Positions 37,803 through 50,157 are shown, numbered from the stretch's first letter. The stretch is DNA of 64,000 bases from Candidatus Omnitrophota bacterium (GCA_043826355.1 JBDRQI010000036.1:54643-118642); one strand, 5' to 3'. Made by a program: numbers and translations. The notes: generated by a model from the letters alone, not told the origin.

Positions 37803-39941
37803 ATGAACGGACAACAGCCGGAGATGGAACAGGACAAGCGGCCGGCCCTGGAGCGTTTCACCCGGGACCTGACCGCGCTTGCCCGCCAGGACAAACTGGA
37901 CCCGGTTATCGGCCGGGACGAGGAGATCCGGCGGGTCATCCAGATACTCTCGCGGCGCACCAAGAATAACCCGGTGCTTATCGGCGAAGCCGGCGTGGGC
38001 AAAACCGCCATCGTGGAAGGACTGGCGCAGCGGGTAGCTTCCGGCGACGTGCCGGAAACCTTGAAAAATCGCCGGGTTCTGGCCCTGGATATCGGAGCCC
38101 TGATCGCCGGCAGCGTCTTCCGCGGCCAGTTTGAGGAAAGGATAAAATCGCTTCTGAAGGAGATTGAAAAAGAACAGGGAAAAATTATCCTCTTCATTGA
38201 TGAACTCCATACCCTGGTCGGCGCCGGAGCCGCGGAAGGAGCGATGGATGCATCAAATATGCTTAAACCGGCCCTGGCGCGCGGGGAACTGCGGTCGGTC
38301 GGCGCCACCACCCTGAACGAATACCGGAAATTTATTGAGAAAGATCGGGCCCTGGAACGGCGGTTTCAAACGGTTCTGGTTAAAGAACCTTCGGCGACAG
38401 ATACTGTCTCCATCCTGCGCGGTCTGCGCGAAAAATACGAGATGCACCACGGCGTGACGATTAAGGATTCGGCGCTGGTTGCCGCCGCCAACCTTTCCAA
38501 TCGCTATATTACCGAGCGATTTCTGCCGGATAAAGCGATTGACCTGATTGACGAAGCCGCCAGCCGGCTCCGCATGGCCATCGACAGCAAACCGAGTCAG
38601 CTGGATGAGATAGACCGCAAAATAGCCCAGTTGAAAATTGAGCGCGAGGCTCTGAAAAAAGAAGAAGATAAAGACGTGAAACAACGGTTTAAAAACGTTG
38701 AACTGGAACTCCAGGGATTGGAAAAAGAAAGCCAGAAATTAAATACCCAGCAACAGAAAGAAAAGACCTTTATCCGGGAAATCCAGCGCCTCCGCGGGGA
38801 GATTGAAAAAGGGAGGAGCGAAGCGGAACACGCCACCCAGGAAGGAAACCTGGCCAAAGCCGCGGAACTTCAGTACGGCAAGATGCCCGGACTCCGGCAA
38901 AAACTGGAGGAAGCCGGCGCCAAACTAACCGAAATACAAAAAGATATACAACTCCTGAAGGAAAGCGTGGACGAAGAGGATATCGCGGAAATCGTCTCCC
39001 GCTGGACCGGAATTCCCCTCTCCCGGATGATAGAGACGGAAACGGAAAAACTGCTCCACATGGAGGAACGGATTCACCGGAGGATGGTGGACCAGGACGA
39101 AGCGGTCTCCGCGGTTTCCGACGCCATCCGGCGCAGCCGCTCCGGGCTTTCGGACCCGAACCGGCCCCTGGGCTCTTTTATCTTTCTAGGTCCGACCGGC
39201 GTAGGTAAAACAGAACTGGCGCGCAGCCTGGCGCAGTTCCTCTTTGACAGCGAAAAAGCGCTGGTGCGCCTGGATATGTCGGAATATATGGAACGCCACA
39301 CGGTCAGCCGTTTAATCGGCGCGCCGCCCGGCTACGTCGGGTACGAGGAAGGCGGACAGTTGACCGAAATAATCAGGCGCCGGCCCTATTCGGTAATCCT
39401 TCTGGACGAAATTGAAAAAGCGCACCAGGACGTCTTCAACGTTCTCCTGCAGGTCCTGGACGCCGGCAGACTGACCGACGGACAGGGCCGCGCGGTTGAT
39501 TTCCGAAACAGCATTCTGATTATGACCAGCAACATCGGCGGCGAATATATCCAGGAGATGGGCGGCGTGGAGGAAAAATCCCGCAGCCTGGTCCTGGAAA
39601 AGATGCAGCGCACTTTCCGTCCGGAATTCCTCAACCGGATTGACGAAATCATCCTCTTTCACCCGCTGGGTCCGAACGAAATAAAAGGAATCGTGGAACT
39701 GCAGTTAGGATACCTAAAGGAGCGTCTGGCCGGCAGAGATATTATGGTTGAAATCAAGCCGAAGGCGGAAAATTATCTTGCCCAAAAAGGATTTGACCCG
39801 GTCTTCGGCGCCAGACCCGTCAAACGGCTTATCCAGAGGGAAATGGAGAACGTCCTGGCCAAGCAGTTGATTTCCGGCGAGATTAAGCGCGGGGAGAAAA
39901 TTATCGTCGATTCCGACGGTAAAGAACTAACATTCACTTAA
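37803..39941 (+). CDS. clpB: ClpB disaggregase lacking the N-terminal Clp-repeat domain
   Basis: [27 protein letters not shown], coiled-coil M domain ([18 protein letters not shown]), [22 protein letters not shown]. Confidence 0.92.
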   Translation: MNGQQPEMEQDKRPALERFTRDLTALARQDKLDPVIGRDEEIRRVIQILSRRTKNNPVLIGEAGVGKTAIVEGLAQRVASGDVPETLKNRRVLALDIGALIAGSVFRGQFEERIKSLLKEIEKEQGKIILFIDELHTLVGAGAAEGAMDASNMLKPALARGELRSVGATTLNEYRKFIEKDRALERRFQTVLVKEPSATDTVSILRGLREKYEMHHGVTIKDSALVAAANLSNRYITERFLPDKAIDLIDEAASRLRMAIDSKPSQLDEIDRKIAQLKIEREALKKEEDKDVKQRFKNVELELQGLEKESQKLNTQQQKEKTFIREIQRLRGEIEKGRSEAEHATQEGNLAKAAELQYGKMPGLRQKLEEAGAKLTEIQKDIQLLKESVDEEDIAEIVSRWTGIPLSRMIETETEKLLHMEERIHRRMVDQDEAVSAVSDAIRRSRSGLSDPNRPLGSFIFLGPTGVGKTELARSLAQFLFDSEKALVRLDMSEYMERHTVSRLIGAPPGYVGYEEGGQLTEIIRRRPYSVILLDEIEKAHQDVFNVLLQVLDAGRLTDGQGRAVDFRNSILIMTSNIGGEYIQEMGGVEEKSRSLVLEKMQRTFRPEFLNRIDEIILFHPLGPNEIKGIVELQLGYLKERLAGRDIMVEIKPKAENYLAQKGFDPVFGARPVKRLIQREMENVLAKQLISGEIKRGEKIIVDSDGKELTFT

Positions 39942-39974
39942 TGTCATTGCGCACCTATTCGCTTGCAATGACCG

Positions 39975-40766
39975 ATGATGCCTATGGAATTTAAAAATAA
40001 GGTTGCAGTGGTTACCGGTGCGGCCCAGGGATTAGGCGAACACCTGGCCCGACGCCTGGCAAAAGAGGACGCTTCCGTCGCGCTCTGGGACATCAGCGAC
40101 GCAGTACTTACAACCGCGGAAAGAATCGCCGCGGAATTTCCGGGCCGGGCTTCGGGTTACGTCGTAAACGTCGCCAAAGAAAAAGAGGTTGACGACACTG
40201 CGCAAGAAGTGGTGAAAAAATACAAACGGCTGGACATTATGGTGGCAAATGCGGGAATCGTAAGAGCATACGAGATAACCGATTTTCCGCTGGCCGAATG
40301 GCAACAGACCATTGAAGTTAACCTTACCGGATATTTTCTCTGCGCCCGGGCAGCGGCCCGGATAATGAAAAAACAGAAATCGGGCGTCATTATTGAAATC
40401 AACTCCAAGAGCGGCAAAAAAGGCAGTTATAAAAACTGCGCCTACGCGGCCAGCAAATTTGGCGGCCTCGGCCTGACCCAGTCCATCGCCCTGGACCTGG
40501 CCCCGTACGGAATCCGGGTAAACGCAGTCTGCCCGGGAAACCTGCTGGACTCCCCCCTCTGGGTAAACAGCCTATTTGACCAGTACGCTAAAAAGTGGGG
40601 AATCAGCAAAGAGGAAGTGCGCAAAAAATACATTGACCAGGTCCCGCTGGGAAGGTCCTGTGCCTACGAAGACATCGCCAACGTGGTCGTCTTCCTGGCC
40701 AGCGAACAATCTTCCTATATGACGGGACAAGCCATCAATGTGACGGGCGGTCAGGAGATGCGCTAA
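39975..40766 (+). CDS. srlD: Sorbitol-6-phosphate dehydrogenase-like SDR
   Basis: TGAAQGLG, INSKSGKKGS, YAASK, GNLLDSP, YIDQVPLGR, TGQAINVTGGQ, as in the SrlD subfamily. Confidence 0.8.
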   Translation: MMPMEFKNKVAVVTGAAQGLGEHLARRLAKEDASVALWDISDAVLTTAERIAAEFPGRASGYVVNVAKEKEVDDTAQEVVKKYKRLDIMVANAGIVRAYEITDFPLAEWQQTIEVNLTGYFLCARAAARIMKKQKSGVIIEINSKSGKKGSYKNCAYAASKFGGLGLTQSIALDLAPYGIRVNAVCPGNLLDSPLWVNSLFDQYAKKWGISKEEVRKKYIDQVPLGRSCAYEDIANVVVFLASEQSSYMTGQAINVTGGQEMR

Positions 40767-40774
40767 CGCTCGGC

Positions 40775-40950
40775 GCTCGGGTGTCTGGTTCATAAAACGC
40801 CCTGCGTGTCAGACAAAACTTACGCGACTCCGGCTTGAGCCTCGCCGTGTTTCCGCCAAGACAACCGACGGACCACGGATACTTAAGCCTCCGTACTGCT
40901 TGTTTTGTGGCTGACACTCCGTGAAGTTTTACGGACCAGAACACCCTCGC
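40775..40950. repeat. About 170-nt rod-shaped imperfect inverted repeat (attC-like site or structured RNA)
   Basis: Nested pairings GGGTGT/ACACCC, CTGGT/ACCAG, TAAAAC/GTTTTA, GTGTCAG/CTGACAC, ACAAAAC/GTTTTGT, GGCTTGAG/CTTAAGCC, CCGTG/CACGG. Confidence 0.6.
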
Positions 40951-41015
40951 TGACTGGTAATAAAATAAATACATAAAACAGCAAGGAAGTGGTACGTGAA
41001 GTGAAGAAAGGTTAA

Positions 41016-41204
41016 ATGAACAAAAAACAGAATATTGTGCTTTGCATAATGCTTATTGTTTTACCTTGTATATTCTTCAGTTATGTTTTTGAAAATCCGG
41101 ACAAGTTTTTAGCCTTGAGTATATGGGTATTTTTAATAGGCTTGTTTCTCTTATTTATCCTAAAAGACAAAAAGGGGAATAAATTAAGAAAAACACAGGT
41201 ATAG
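41016..41204 (+). CDS. Small AT-rich 2-TM hypothetical protein
   Basis: 62-aa ORF with two hydrophobic segments and a basic tail; AAGG RBS. Confidence 0.5.
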   Translation: MNKKQNIVLCIMLIVLPCIFFSYVFENPDKFLALSIWVFLIGLFLLFILKDKKGNKLRKTQV

Positions 41205-41215
41205 GAGAAAATAAT

Positions 41216-42331
41216 ATGAAAATCAATGACGGGAATTTGGGGAAGCTGGAAAAGGAATACGCCGGGTATCTGGAAGGCGAGAAGGTCAGCCGGTTTTTTC
41301 ATGATTTTGAAATCAAGTTCGCGGCCGGTCACTGGTGCGCCGGAGGATTTTCGGACCGGTTTGCCACCGGCGGGTACAACCCGGACTTGAAATCGGACAT
41401 CACCAGCCAGTTGCAGAGGGTTAAAGCCGCCGGGATTTATGGCGTGGAATTCCACGAAAATATCTTTATAGATGAAAGAAGAAAAAAGGTCACCAGCCGG
41501 ATTGCCGAAGTTAAAAAAACATTGAAGAAATTAAAGATGACGCCGACTAACATGAATACCAACCTCTGGACCGACCCGCACTGGAAGTTCGGCGGCCTGA
41601 CCAACCCGGACAAGGCAATTCGGAAAGAAGCCCTGGCCATTGCTTTTCAGGGCGCGGAAATTGCCGCGGAACTCGGCTGCGGATCGATTGCGCTCTGGCC
41701 CGGATCCGACGGATGGGACTATAATTTTGAGGCAAACTACGGTACCTTGCTCTCCCGGTTTATCGAAGGGTGCGTAGCGGTCAACCGGAAAGCAAAATCG
41801 CTGGGCCTGCGATTCGGAGTTGAAGCCAAACCGAAAGAACCGCGGGAAGGTCATATGATTATCCCGACCACCCATTGCGCCATCCTGATGGCCCGAAAGG
41901 TAAACGAAGCCTGCCAAGGCAATAATATGGGCGTGGCGGTTGATTACGGTCACGAGATGATGGCTGGTATCGAACCCGCGTTCAGCCTCTACCTCGCCCG
42001 GGAGTTTCGGGTACCGGTGGTCAACTTCCATGTCAACGCGGCCAAATGGCGCTCCAACGATGAAGACCGGGTTGCCGGCACGTCAAACCTGTGGGAATTA
42101 GTTGACTTTTGTTATGCGGCCCTGGATATCGGCTACCGGGGCTGGTTCGGCGAAGACCAGTTTACCTACCGGATGGAACCGGTGCAGGCGATGTCCTTAT
42201 CACGGGAATTCTTCGCCAACGCGATGAAGAAAGCGCTTCTCATCTGGCAGAACCGGCAAAGGTTGCTTGCGGCCCAAGAAACCGGAAACGCCGGGGCCAC
42301 CCTGGAAGTGGTTAAAAAGGTAATCTTTTAA
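41216..42331 (+). CDS. Xylose-isomerase-family sugar isomerase (substrate unknown)
   Basis: AGHW..SDRF, VEFH, GGLTNPD, LWPGSDG, EAKPKEPR, DYGH, HVN, DED. Confidence 0.8.
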   Translation: MKINDGNLGKLEKEYAGYLEGEKVSRFFHDFEIKFAAGHWCAGGFSDRFATGGYNPDLKSDITSQLQRVKAAGIYGVEFHENIFIDERRKKVTSRIAEVKKTLKKLKMTPTNMNTNLWTDPHWKFGGLTNPDKAIRKEALAIAFQGAEIAAELGCGSIALWPGSDGWDYNFEANYGTLLSRFIEGCVAVNRKAKSLGLRFGVEAKPKEPREGHMIIPTTHCAILMARKVNEACQGNNMGVAVDYGHEMMAGIEPAFSLYLAREFRVPVVNFHVNAAKWRSNDEDRVAGTSNLWELVDFCYAALDIGYRGWFGEDQFTYRMEPVQAMSLSREFFANAMKKALLIWQNRQRLLAAQETGNAGATLEVVKKVIF

Positions 42332-42395
42332 AAAGCGGTCTGTTCACCCCCGCCTCGCCTCCCCCTCAAAAAAAGGGGGGGGAAGGAAGTAGAGT

Positions 42396-44093
42396 ATGAA
42401 AAAACAATATAGCCTGGGGCTTGATTTCGGAACCAACTCGGTAAGAGCGCTGCTGGTAGAACTTTCCGGAGGAAAAGAGACCGCAACCTTCATCTGGAAT
42501 TACCGCCGCGGGAAGAACGGAGTGATCGTCTCTGCAAATGACCCGCTCTTCGCCCGGCAGCACCCGGCCGATTACGTGGAGGGCACCGGAGATGTCGTCA
42601 AAGGCGTCATTAAAGAAGCCAAAAAGAACGACCCGGATTTTACGCCGGATAAGATTATCGGCATCGGCGTTGACACAACCGGCAGCACGCCGATTCCGGT
42701 CGATAAATCCGGCCGGCCGCTCGCGTTTAACAAACAGTTCAGCGGCAACCCCAACAGTTACGCCTGGCTCTGGAAGGACCATACCTCTGCCGAAGAAGCC
42801 GAGGAGATTACCTCAAAAGCGAAGAAGAACCACCCGGAATACCTGCGGCGCTGCGGCGGCCGTTACTCTTCGGAATGGTTCTTCGCCAAGATACTCCACC
42901 TGAGCCGGGTTGACAAAAAAGTTTTCCGGGCGGCCGAAAGTTTCGTGGAACTGGAAGATTTCATACCGGCGCTGTTAGCCGATAACCTGGCGCCCAAAAA
43001 ACTAAAGCGCGGCATCTGCGCCGCCGGACACAAAGCGCTCTATTGCAGCCGATGGAATGGGTTGCCTTCGGAGGCTTTCCTTGTTTCTCTCAGCCCGAAT
43101 TTCAAAGGTCTGCGAAACCGACTTTACGAAGAAGCATATCCGGCCGGAGACCGGGCCGGCAGAGTCTCCCGAAGATGGGCGCAGGAACTCGGACTGAAAG
43201 AGGGAATTGCCGTCAGCGTGGGCGCTTTTGACGCCCACCTGGGCGCCGTCGGCGCCGGCATCGAAAAGAACGGGCTGGTTAAAGTAATCGGCACCTCAAC
43301 CTGCGACCTGATGGTCTTCCCGGCAGACAACGAACGCCGGCTGGAAAAGATAGAAGGGATGTGCGGCCTGGCCGAAAGTTCCATCATTCCCGGCTCCATC
43401 GGTCTGGAAGCAGGCCAGTCCGCGGTGGGCGATATCTTCGCCTGGTTTGCGGAAAACTGCGTACCGGCAAATTACTCGGCCGCCGCAGAGAAGAGCGGAA
43501 AAGACATCCAGGCGTACCTGAGCGAAAAGGCGGCCCGGCTGGCGCCCGGGGAGAGCGGTCTGCTCGCTCTGGACTGGAACAACGGAAACCGCTCCGTTTT
43601 AGTCGACCAGAAACTTTCCGGGCTGCTCCTGGGTCAGACGCTGGCCACCCGGCCGGAAGAAATTTACCGGGCTTTGATTGAGGCCACCGGCTTCGGCGCC
43701 AGGACCATCATCGACCGGATTGAAAAATCCGGAGAAAATATCAAGAAAGTGATTACCTGCGGCGGCATACCCAAAAAAAATCCGCTTCTGATGCAGACTT
43801 ACAGTAATATCCTCAACCGGCCGCTTAAGATTGCCGCTTCGGAGCAGACCTGCGCGCTGGGTGCGGCCCTGGTCGGCGCGGTTGCGGCCGGCCGGGAAGC
43901 CGGCGGTTTTTCCAGCGTTGAGGAAGGCCAAAAAGTCCTCTGCCGGTTTGAAGCCAAAGAATACCGGCCGGACAAAAAATCAGTTGCCGCCTATCAGAAA
44001 TTATACCGGCTTTACGGCCAATTGCACGATGCGTTCGGACGGCCGGACAGCGCTCTCTTTTCGGTAATGAAGGAATTAATGCAAATTAAATAG
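42396..44093 (+). CDS. araB: Ribulokinase
   Basis: GLDFGTNSVRA, QHPADY, GVDTTGSTP, WKDHT, YSSEWF, GTSTC, EAGQSAVGD, DWNNGNRS, EATGFG. Confidence 0.92.
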   Translation: MKKQYSLGLDFGTNSVRALLVELSGGKETATFIWNYRRGKNGVIVSANDPLFARQHPADYVEGTGDVVKGVIKEAKKNDPDFTPDKIIGIGVDTTGSTPIPVDKSGRPLAFNKQFSGNPNSYAWLWKDHTSAEEAEEITSKAKKNHPEYLRRCGGRYSSEWFFAKILHLSRVDKKVFRAAESFVELEDFIPALLADNLAPKKLKRGICAAGHKALYCSRWNGLPSEAFLVSLSPNFKGLRNRLYEEAYPAGDRAGRVSRRWAQELGLKEGIAVSVGAFDAHLGAVGAGIEKNGLVKVIGTSTCDLMVFPADNERRLEKIEGMCGLAESSIIPGSIGLEAGQSAVGDIFAWFAENCVPANYSAAAEKSGKDIQAYLSEKAARLAPGESGLLALDWNNGNRSVLVDQKLSGLLLGQTLATRPEEIYRALIEATGFGARTIIDRIEKSGENIKKVITCGGIPKKNPLLMQTYSNILNRPLKIAASEQTCALGAALVGAVAAGREAGGFSSVEEGQKVLCRFEAKEYRPDKKSVAAYQKLYRLYGQLHDAFGRPDSALFSVMKELMQIK

Positions 44094-44180
44094 TAAATAA
44101 TACTTGCGATCCGCCTTCGCTAAGGCTACGGCAAGATGAAGTAAATCGTACCGCTACTTTTCCATAAGAGAGATTAAAAT

Positions 44181-45056
44181 ATGGATAAAAAGATCGGTTT
44201 TTTCGTCAATAACTGGATCTTCGGGTCAACCGCGCTGAAAGAAGTTATTGCCCGGATATCCAAAATCGGCTACGATGGAATTGAACTGGTCGGCGAGCCG
44301 GAAGAGTACGACCTGAAGGAAGTAAATCTGATGTGCCGGAATCACGGAATCAGAATCGCATCCATCTGCGGGATGCACCCGGGACCAAAAAAGGGAGACC
44401 TGCGGGCTTTATGCCATCCGGAAACCGCGGAAAGAAAAAAAGCGGTTGACTACGTAAAAAGATGCGTGGATATGGCCAAAACGCTTGGCACCAGGAGCGT
44501 TCTGGTAGTGCCCAGCCTGGTAGGCGAACCAGCCTTTTTTGTCAACAGAAAAGAAGATTTAAACCGCGCCGCGGAATCGCTGGCCCAGGCAGGTAAATAC
44601 GCCGAGAAGATGAAGATAATGCTGATGATTGAACCGATCAACCGCTACGAAGTGGGACTGGTCAACTCCCTGGAAGAAGCGGTCTTAATGGCCGGGGAGA
44701 TTAACAATCCCTGCGTGCGGGTCATGGGCGACACCTTCCACATGCAGATTGAAGAAGGAGACGGCATCCCCAACGCTATCCGCCGGGCCGGCAATTATTG
44801 GTTCAACCACCTGCACTGCGCCGACAACACGCGGCAGGCGCCCGGCAAAGGCACGATGGACTGGAAGGAAATTATCCGGGCGCTGTACGATATTGATTAC
44901 CGGGGAGTGATGTCACTGGAACCGCTGCCAAAGGGCGCTTCCCCTTACGACGCCAGAAAAGGCAACATTCCGAAGGAAAAGATGGACGCGGAACTTTCCT
45001 TCGCCTTAAAACACCTCCGGGGCGAAGAAGGAAGAATCGTAGCCAAATCATTTTGA
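44181..45056 (+). CDS. Sugar isomerase/epimerase, D-tagatose/L-ribulose 3-epimerase (TIM-barrel) family
   Basis: GYDGIE, IEPINRYE, DTFHM, HLHCADNTRQAPG, SLE. Confidence 0.82.
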   Translation: MDKKIGFFVNNWIFGSTALKEVIARISKIGYDGIELVGEPEEYDLKEVNLMCRNHGIRIASICGMHPGPKKGDLRALCHPETAERKKAVDYVKRCVDMAKTLGTRSVLVVPSLVGEPAFFVNRKEDLNRAAESLAQAGKYAEKMKIMLMIEPINRYEVGLVNSLEEAVLMAGEINNPCVRVMGDTFHMQIEEGDGIPNAIRRAGNYWFNHLHCADNTRQAPGKGTMDWKEIIRALYDIDYRGVMSLEPLPKGASPYDARKGNIPKEKMDAELSFALKHLRGEEGRIVAKSF

Positions 45057-46574
<1,518 letters not shown>

Positions 46575-46589
46575 ATATAAAGACAAAAC

Positions 46590-48452
46590 ATGATGAATCC
46601 GATAAAATCCAGTGATGTCGTAATCACAGACCGATTCTGGACACCGCGTATACGAACCAATCGCGAAAAGACGATTCTGTACGAATATAAACAATGCAAA
46701 AAGACCGGCCGGATTGATGCATACCGCCTGGAGCCGGATACTCCGAGTATGACCTGGAAACAATTGTGGATGGGCGATGCGGCCAAGTGGATCGAGGCGG
46801 CTTCTTACAGTCTGGCTGCGCATCCGGACGCACAACTCAAACGGCACGTGGACGAGGCCGTCAACAGCATCGTTCGCGGACAAAAGAAGGACGGATATTT
46901 GCATTGCAGACCTTTTGCCCCCGAAAAACGCTGGACCAACCTGCGGGATTATCATGAACTATATGACTCCGGACACTTAATGGAAGCAGCCGTGGCGTAT
47001 TTCCAAGCCACCGGAAAATGCACGCTCCTGAAAGCGATGTGCCGGAATGCAGACCTGATTAGCCGGGTGTTTGGCCCGGGGAAGGAACAGAAACCGGGTT
47101 ATTGCGGGCATCCGGAGATTGAGTTGGCCTTAGTAAAACTTTACCGGGTAACCGGTGAGAAGCGGTATTTAAATCTGAGCCAATATTTTGTTGACCAGAG
47201 GGGACAAAAGCCCAACTACTTTGACCGGGAAGCAGTGGCGCGGGGTGAAGACCCTGCAAAACACCCCTATCCGCACGAACAGTATCTGGCGCACACTCCG
47301 GTTCGGAAACAAAAAGAAGCTGTGGGACACTCAGTCCGAGCGATGTACTTATATTCCGCCATGGCAGACCTGGCTCTGGAAAATAAGGATAAAAACCTTT
47401 TTTTAACGTGTCAGCGACTCTGGGAAAGTGTCTGCACCAAAAAAATGTATATTACCGGCGGTATCGGTTTCGGTGTTGGCGCCGAAAAGTTTATCTCCAA
47501 TTATGACCTGCCTAACGAAACCGCCTACGCCGAAACCTGTGCGGCCATCGGACTTGTCTTCTGGAACCACCGCATGCTGCAGATTACCGGAGACAATCAG
47601 TACGCGGATGTGATGGAACGAGCCCTTTACAACGGAATCCTCAGCGGTGTTTCCCTGGACGGTGAAAAATTCTTTTACGTCAACCCGCTGGCCAGTTCCG
47701 GTAATCATCATCGTCAGGGATGGTTCGATTGCGCCTGTTGCCCGCCCAACCTGGCCCGGCTTCTGGCCTCCCTGGGGCAATATATTTACTCCCGTAATGA
47801 AAACGGTCTTGCGGTCCATCTTTATATCGGCGGAACCGTCCGGTTCCAGGTTAATAATCAACCTATCACCCTCAAACAGGAAACCGATTACCCCTGGGAC
47901 GGTCGAATCCGGTTTAGCCTGAAAACCGAAAAACCGATAACCTTTTGTCTAAGTCTGCGTATTCCCGGATGGTGCCAAGAATCCCGTTTAAAAATTAACG
48001 GCCAGCCGTTAAATATTTCTTCGAAACCGGCTAAAGGATATATCCGACTGAAACGGCCCTGGAAAACAAACGACCGGCTGGAACTGGATTTGGCGATGCC
48101 GGTCGAACAACTCCGGGCTCATCCTGACGTACGCCAAGACGCAGGATGCGTTGCCCTGCAAAGAGGCCCCCTGGTATACTGTTTGGAAGAAGTTGACCAC
48201 AATATTCCCATTCACCGGATTCTCTTGGCGGAAGATACGAAACTGACTCACTCTTTCCAAAAGAACCTTCTGGGCGGTGTGGTTGCAATTACGGGCCAGG
48301 CCAGAATGGTTGACGATGCAGGCTGGAAGAACAAACTTTACCAACCCGGCGCCAAAAGACTAAAAGCATGCCGGATTTTCGCCGTTCCCTATTATGCCTG
48401 GGATAACCGCCAACCCGGAACAATGCAGGTGTGGCTAAGAAAAAATGACTAA
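46590..48452 (+). CDS. Beta-L-arabinofuranosidase-like, GH127
   Basis: HELY..GHLMEAA, GHPEIELAL, GHSVRAMY, YAETCAAIG, CACCPPN, QRGPLVYC. Confidence 0.9.
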   Translation: MMNPIKSSDVVITDRFWTPRIRTNREKTILYEYKQCKKTGRIDAYRLEPDTPSMTWKQLWMGDAAKWIEAASYSLAAHPDAQLKRHVDEAVNSIVRGQKKDGYLHCRPFAPEKRWTNLRDYHELYDSGHLMEAAVAYFQATGKCTLLKAMCRNADLISRVFGPGKEQKPGYCGHPEIELALVKLYRVTGEKRYLNLSQYFVDQRGQKPNYFDREAVARGEDPAKHPYPHEQYLAHTPVRKQKEAVGHSVRAMYLYSAMADLALENKDKNLFLTCQRLWESVCTKKMYITGGIGFGVGAEKFISNYDLPNETAYAETCAAIGLVFWNHRMLQITGDNQYADVMERALYNGILSGVSLDGEKFFYVNPLASSGNHHRQGWFDCACCPPNLARLLASLGQYIYSRNENGLAVHLYIGGTVRFQVNNQPITLKQETDYPWDGRIRFSLKTEKPITFCLSLRIPGWCQESRLKINGQPLNISSKPAKGYIRLKRPWKTNDRLELDLAMPVEQLRAHPDVRQDAGCVALQRGPLVYCLEEVDHNIPIHRILLAEDTKLTHSFQKNLLGGVVAITGQARMVDDAGWKNKLYQPGAKRLKACRIFAVPYYAWDNRQPGTMQVWLRKND

Positions 48453-49116
48453 GATGAGTAATTTAAAAAATGAGGTGTTAAAAGCAAATCTCCTTCTGCC
48501 AAAATGGGGGCTGGTGGTCACCACCCAGGGCAACGTCAGCGGGTTTGACCGGGAAAAAAAACTGGTCATCATCAAACCCAGCGGTGTCTCCTACTCCAAC
48601 CTGAAATTGTCAGACTTGGTGACGTTAAATGTTGACGGCGAAAAAATTTCCGGCGTAAAGAAACCGTCGGTGGACTGGCCGCACCACATCTATCTTTACC
48701 GAAATATTCCGGGTATAGGCGGCGTCGTGCACACTCACTCGCCTTACGCCACCGCTTTTGCCGCGGCCGGGATTCCGGTATCCTGCCTGACAACCGGACA
48801 GGCGGATATCTTCGGCGGCGAAATCCCGGTGACACCATATACGGATAACCGGGCGGATAATATCGGAAAAGCGATTATCAAGGCGTATCGTCCGGGCTGT
48901 CCGGCAATCGTCCTCGGACAGCACGGCGTATTCGCTTTTGCGGAAAGTCCGGAAAAGGCGGTCCTGGCGGCAAGGTTGACCGAATACTTCGCCCAGATAA
49001 ATCTCTTTGGCCTGTTCCTGGGAAAAGCGGCCGGCCGAAACGTCCGGCCGCTGCCGGAAAAAGAGGTTGAGAAATGGTACCGGCGCTATCACGGCGGGGG
49101 ATACGGCCAGAGGTGA
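48445..49116 (+). CDS. araD: L-ribulose-5-phosphate 4-epimerase (class II aldolase fold)
   Basis: GNVS, IKPSGV, KPSVD, HTHSPYAT, HGVF, C-terminal HGGGYGQ. Confidence 0.82.
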   Translation: MTKMSNLKNEVLKANLLLPKWGLVVTTQGNVSGFDREKKLVIIKPSGVSYSNLKLSDLVTLNVDGEKISGVKKPSVDWPHHIYLYRNIPGIGGVVHTHSPYATAFAAAGIPVSCLTTGQADIFGGEIPVTPYTDNRADNIGKAIIKAYRPGCPAIVLGQHGVFAFAESPEKAVLAARLTEYFAQINLFGLFLGKAAGRNVRPLPEKEVEKWYRRYHGGGYGQR

Positions 49117-49128
49117 AAAGGTAAAAAG

Positions 49129-50157
49129 ATGGAAAAGATGAAAAAAGTCAGGGTCGGGATTATCGGCGGAGCCGGTTATACCGGCGGGGAACTTTTGCGC
49201 TTGCTGGTAAATCATGCCGGAGTTAAAATTACCTGCGTCACTTCCGAGACGTTCCCGGGTAAAAAAATAACTGAAAAATACCCCAAACTAAAAGGGCTGA
49301 ACAAACTCACCTTCCAACCTTACCGGAAAAAGCGGGTGATTGAAGACTGCGATTTCGTCTTTCTGGCCAAGCCGCATCCAAACTCATTTTTAATGGTGCG
49401 GGAACTTTTCGGAAAGGTGCGAATTATTGACCTTTCCGCAGACTTTCGTTTTCCGAAGGCCCGGGCCTTTGAGCGCGCCTACCAGACCAAACACCTGGCC
49501 CCGGAATTCTTGAAGGAAAGTGTTTACGGCCTGCCGGAAATTTTCCCAAAACAGATAAAAAAAGCAAAATTAATAGCCAACCCCGGCTGCTATCCTACCG
49601 GCATTATTCTCGGGCTATTTCCGCTGTTTAAAACAAGCGCCGTGGAACCGGAAATCAGCGTAAGCGCAGTCTCCGGTTTTTCCGGAGCCGGCCGTTCATT
49701 TTCACCCAATAACCCGGCCTGTTCGGTTATGGATAATATTCGTCCTTACAAAGTCGGAGTCCACCCCCACAGCGCCGAGATGGAAAATAAGATAAAAGCA
49801 GCCACCGGCAAAGAAGTAAGCATTAACTTCATACCGCAGGTAGCCGGGTTTGAAAGAGGTATTTTAAGTGTTATCTTCACCCGCCTGAAGAAAAAAACTT
49901 CCTCAAAAACGCTTGTTTCGCTCTACCAAAAAACTTATCAAAAATGCCCGTTCGTCCGGCTCTGCCCCCAGGGTCAGTATCCGGAAATAACAAACGTGGT
50001 GATGACCAATTTCTGCGACCTTGGCGTTCAAATACTCAAAGACAACGGTCTGGTTATCATTGCGGCAATCGACAACCTGCTTAAGGGAGCGGCCGGACAA
50101 GCCGTCCAGAACCTCAACATCATGGCCGGATTCCCGGAAAAAGAGGCACTCGGGTGA
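49129..50157 (+). CDS. argC: N-acetyl-gamma-glutamyl-phosphate reductase
   Basis: GGAGYTGGEL, DLSADFR, ANPGCYPT, SGFSGAGR, DNLLKGAAGQAVQN. Confidence 0.95.
   Translation: MEKMKKVRVGIIGGAGYTGGELLRLLVNHAGVKITCVTSETFPGKKITEKYPKLKGLNKLTFQPYRKKRVIEDCDFVFLAKPHPNSFLMVRELFGKVRIIDLSADFRFPKARAFERAYQTKHLAPEFLKESVYGLPEIFPKQIKKAKLIANPGCYPTGIILGLFPLFKTSAVEPEISVSAVSGFSGAGRSFSPNNPACSVMDNIRPYKVGVHPHSAEMENKIKAATGKEVSINFIPQVAGFERGILSVIFTRLKKKTSSKTLVSLYQKTYQKCPFVRLCPQGQYPEITNVVMTNFCDLGVQILKDNGLVIIAAIDNLLKGAAGQAVQNLNIMAGFPEKEALG

Noticed and set aside
41216..42331. Canonical xylose isomerase xylA
   Set aside because: Only family-level motifs match and the context is araB/araD/arabinofuranosidases with no xylB, so no symbol was assigned
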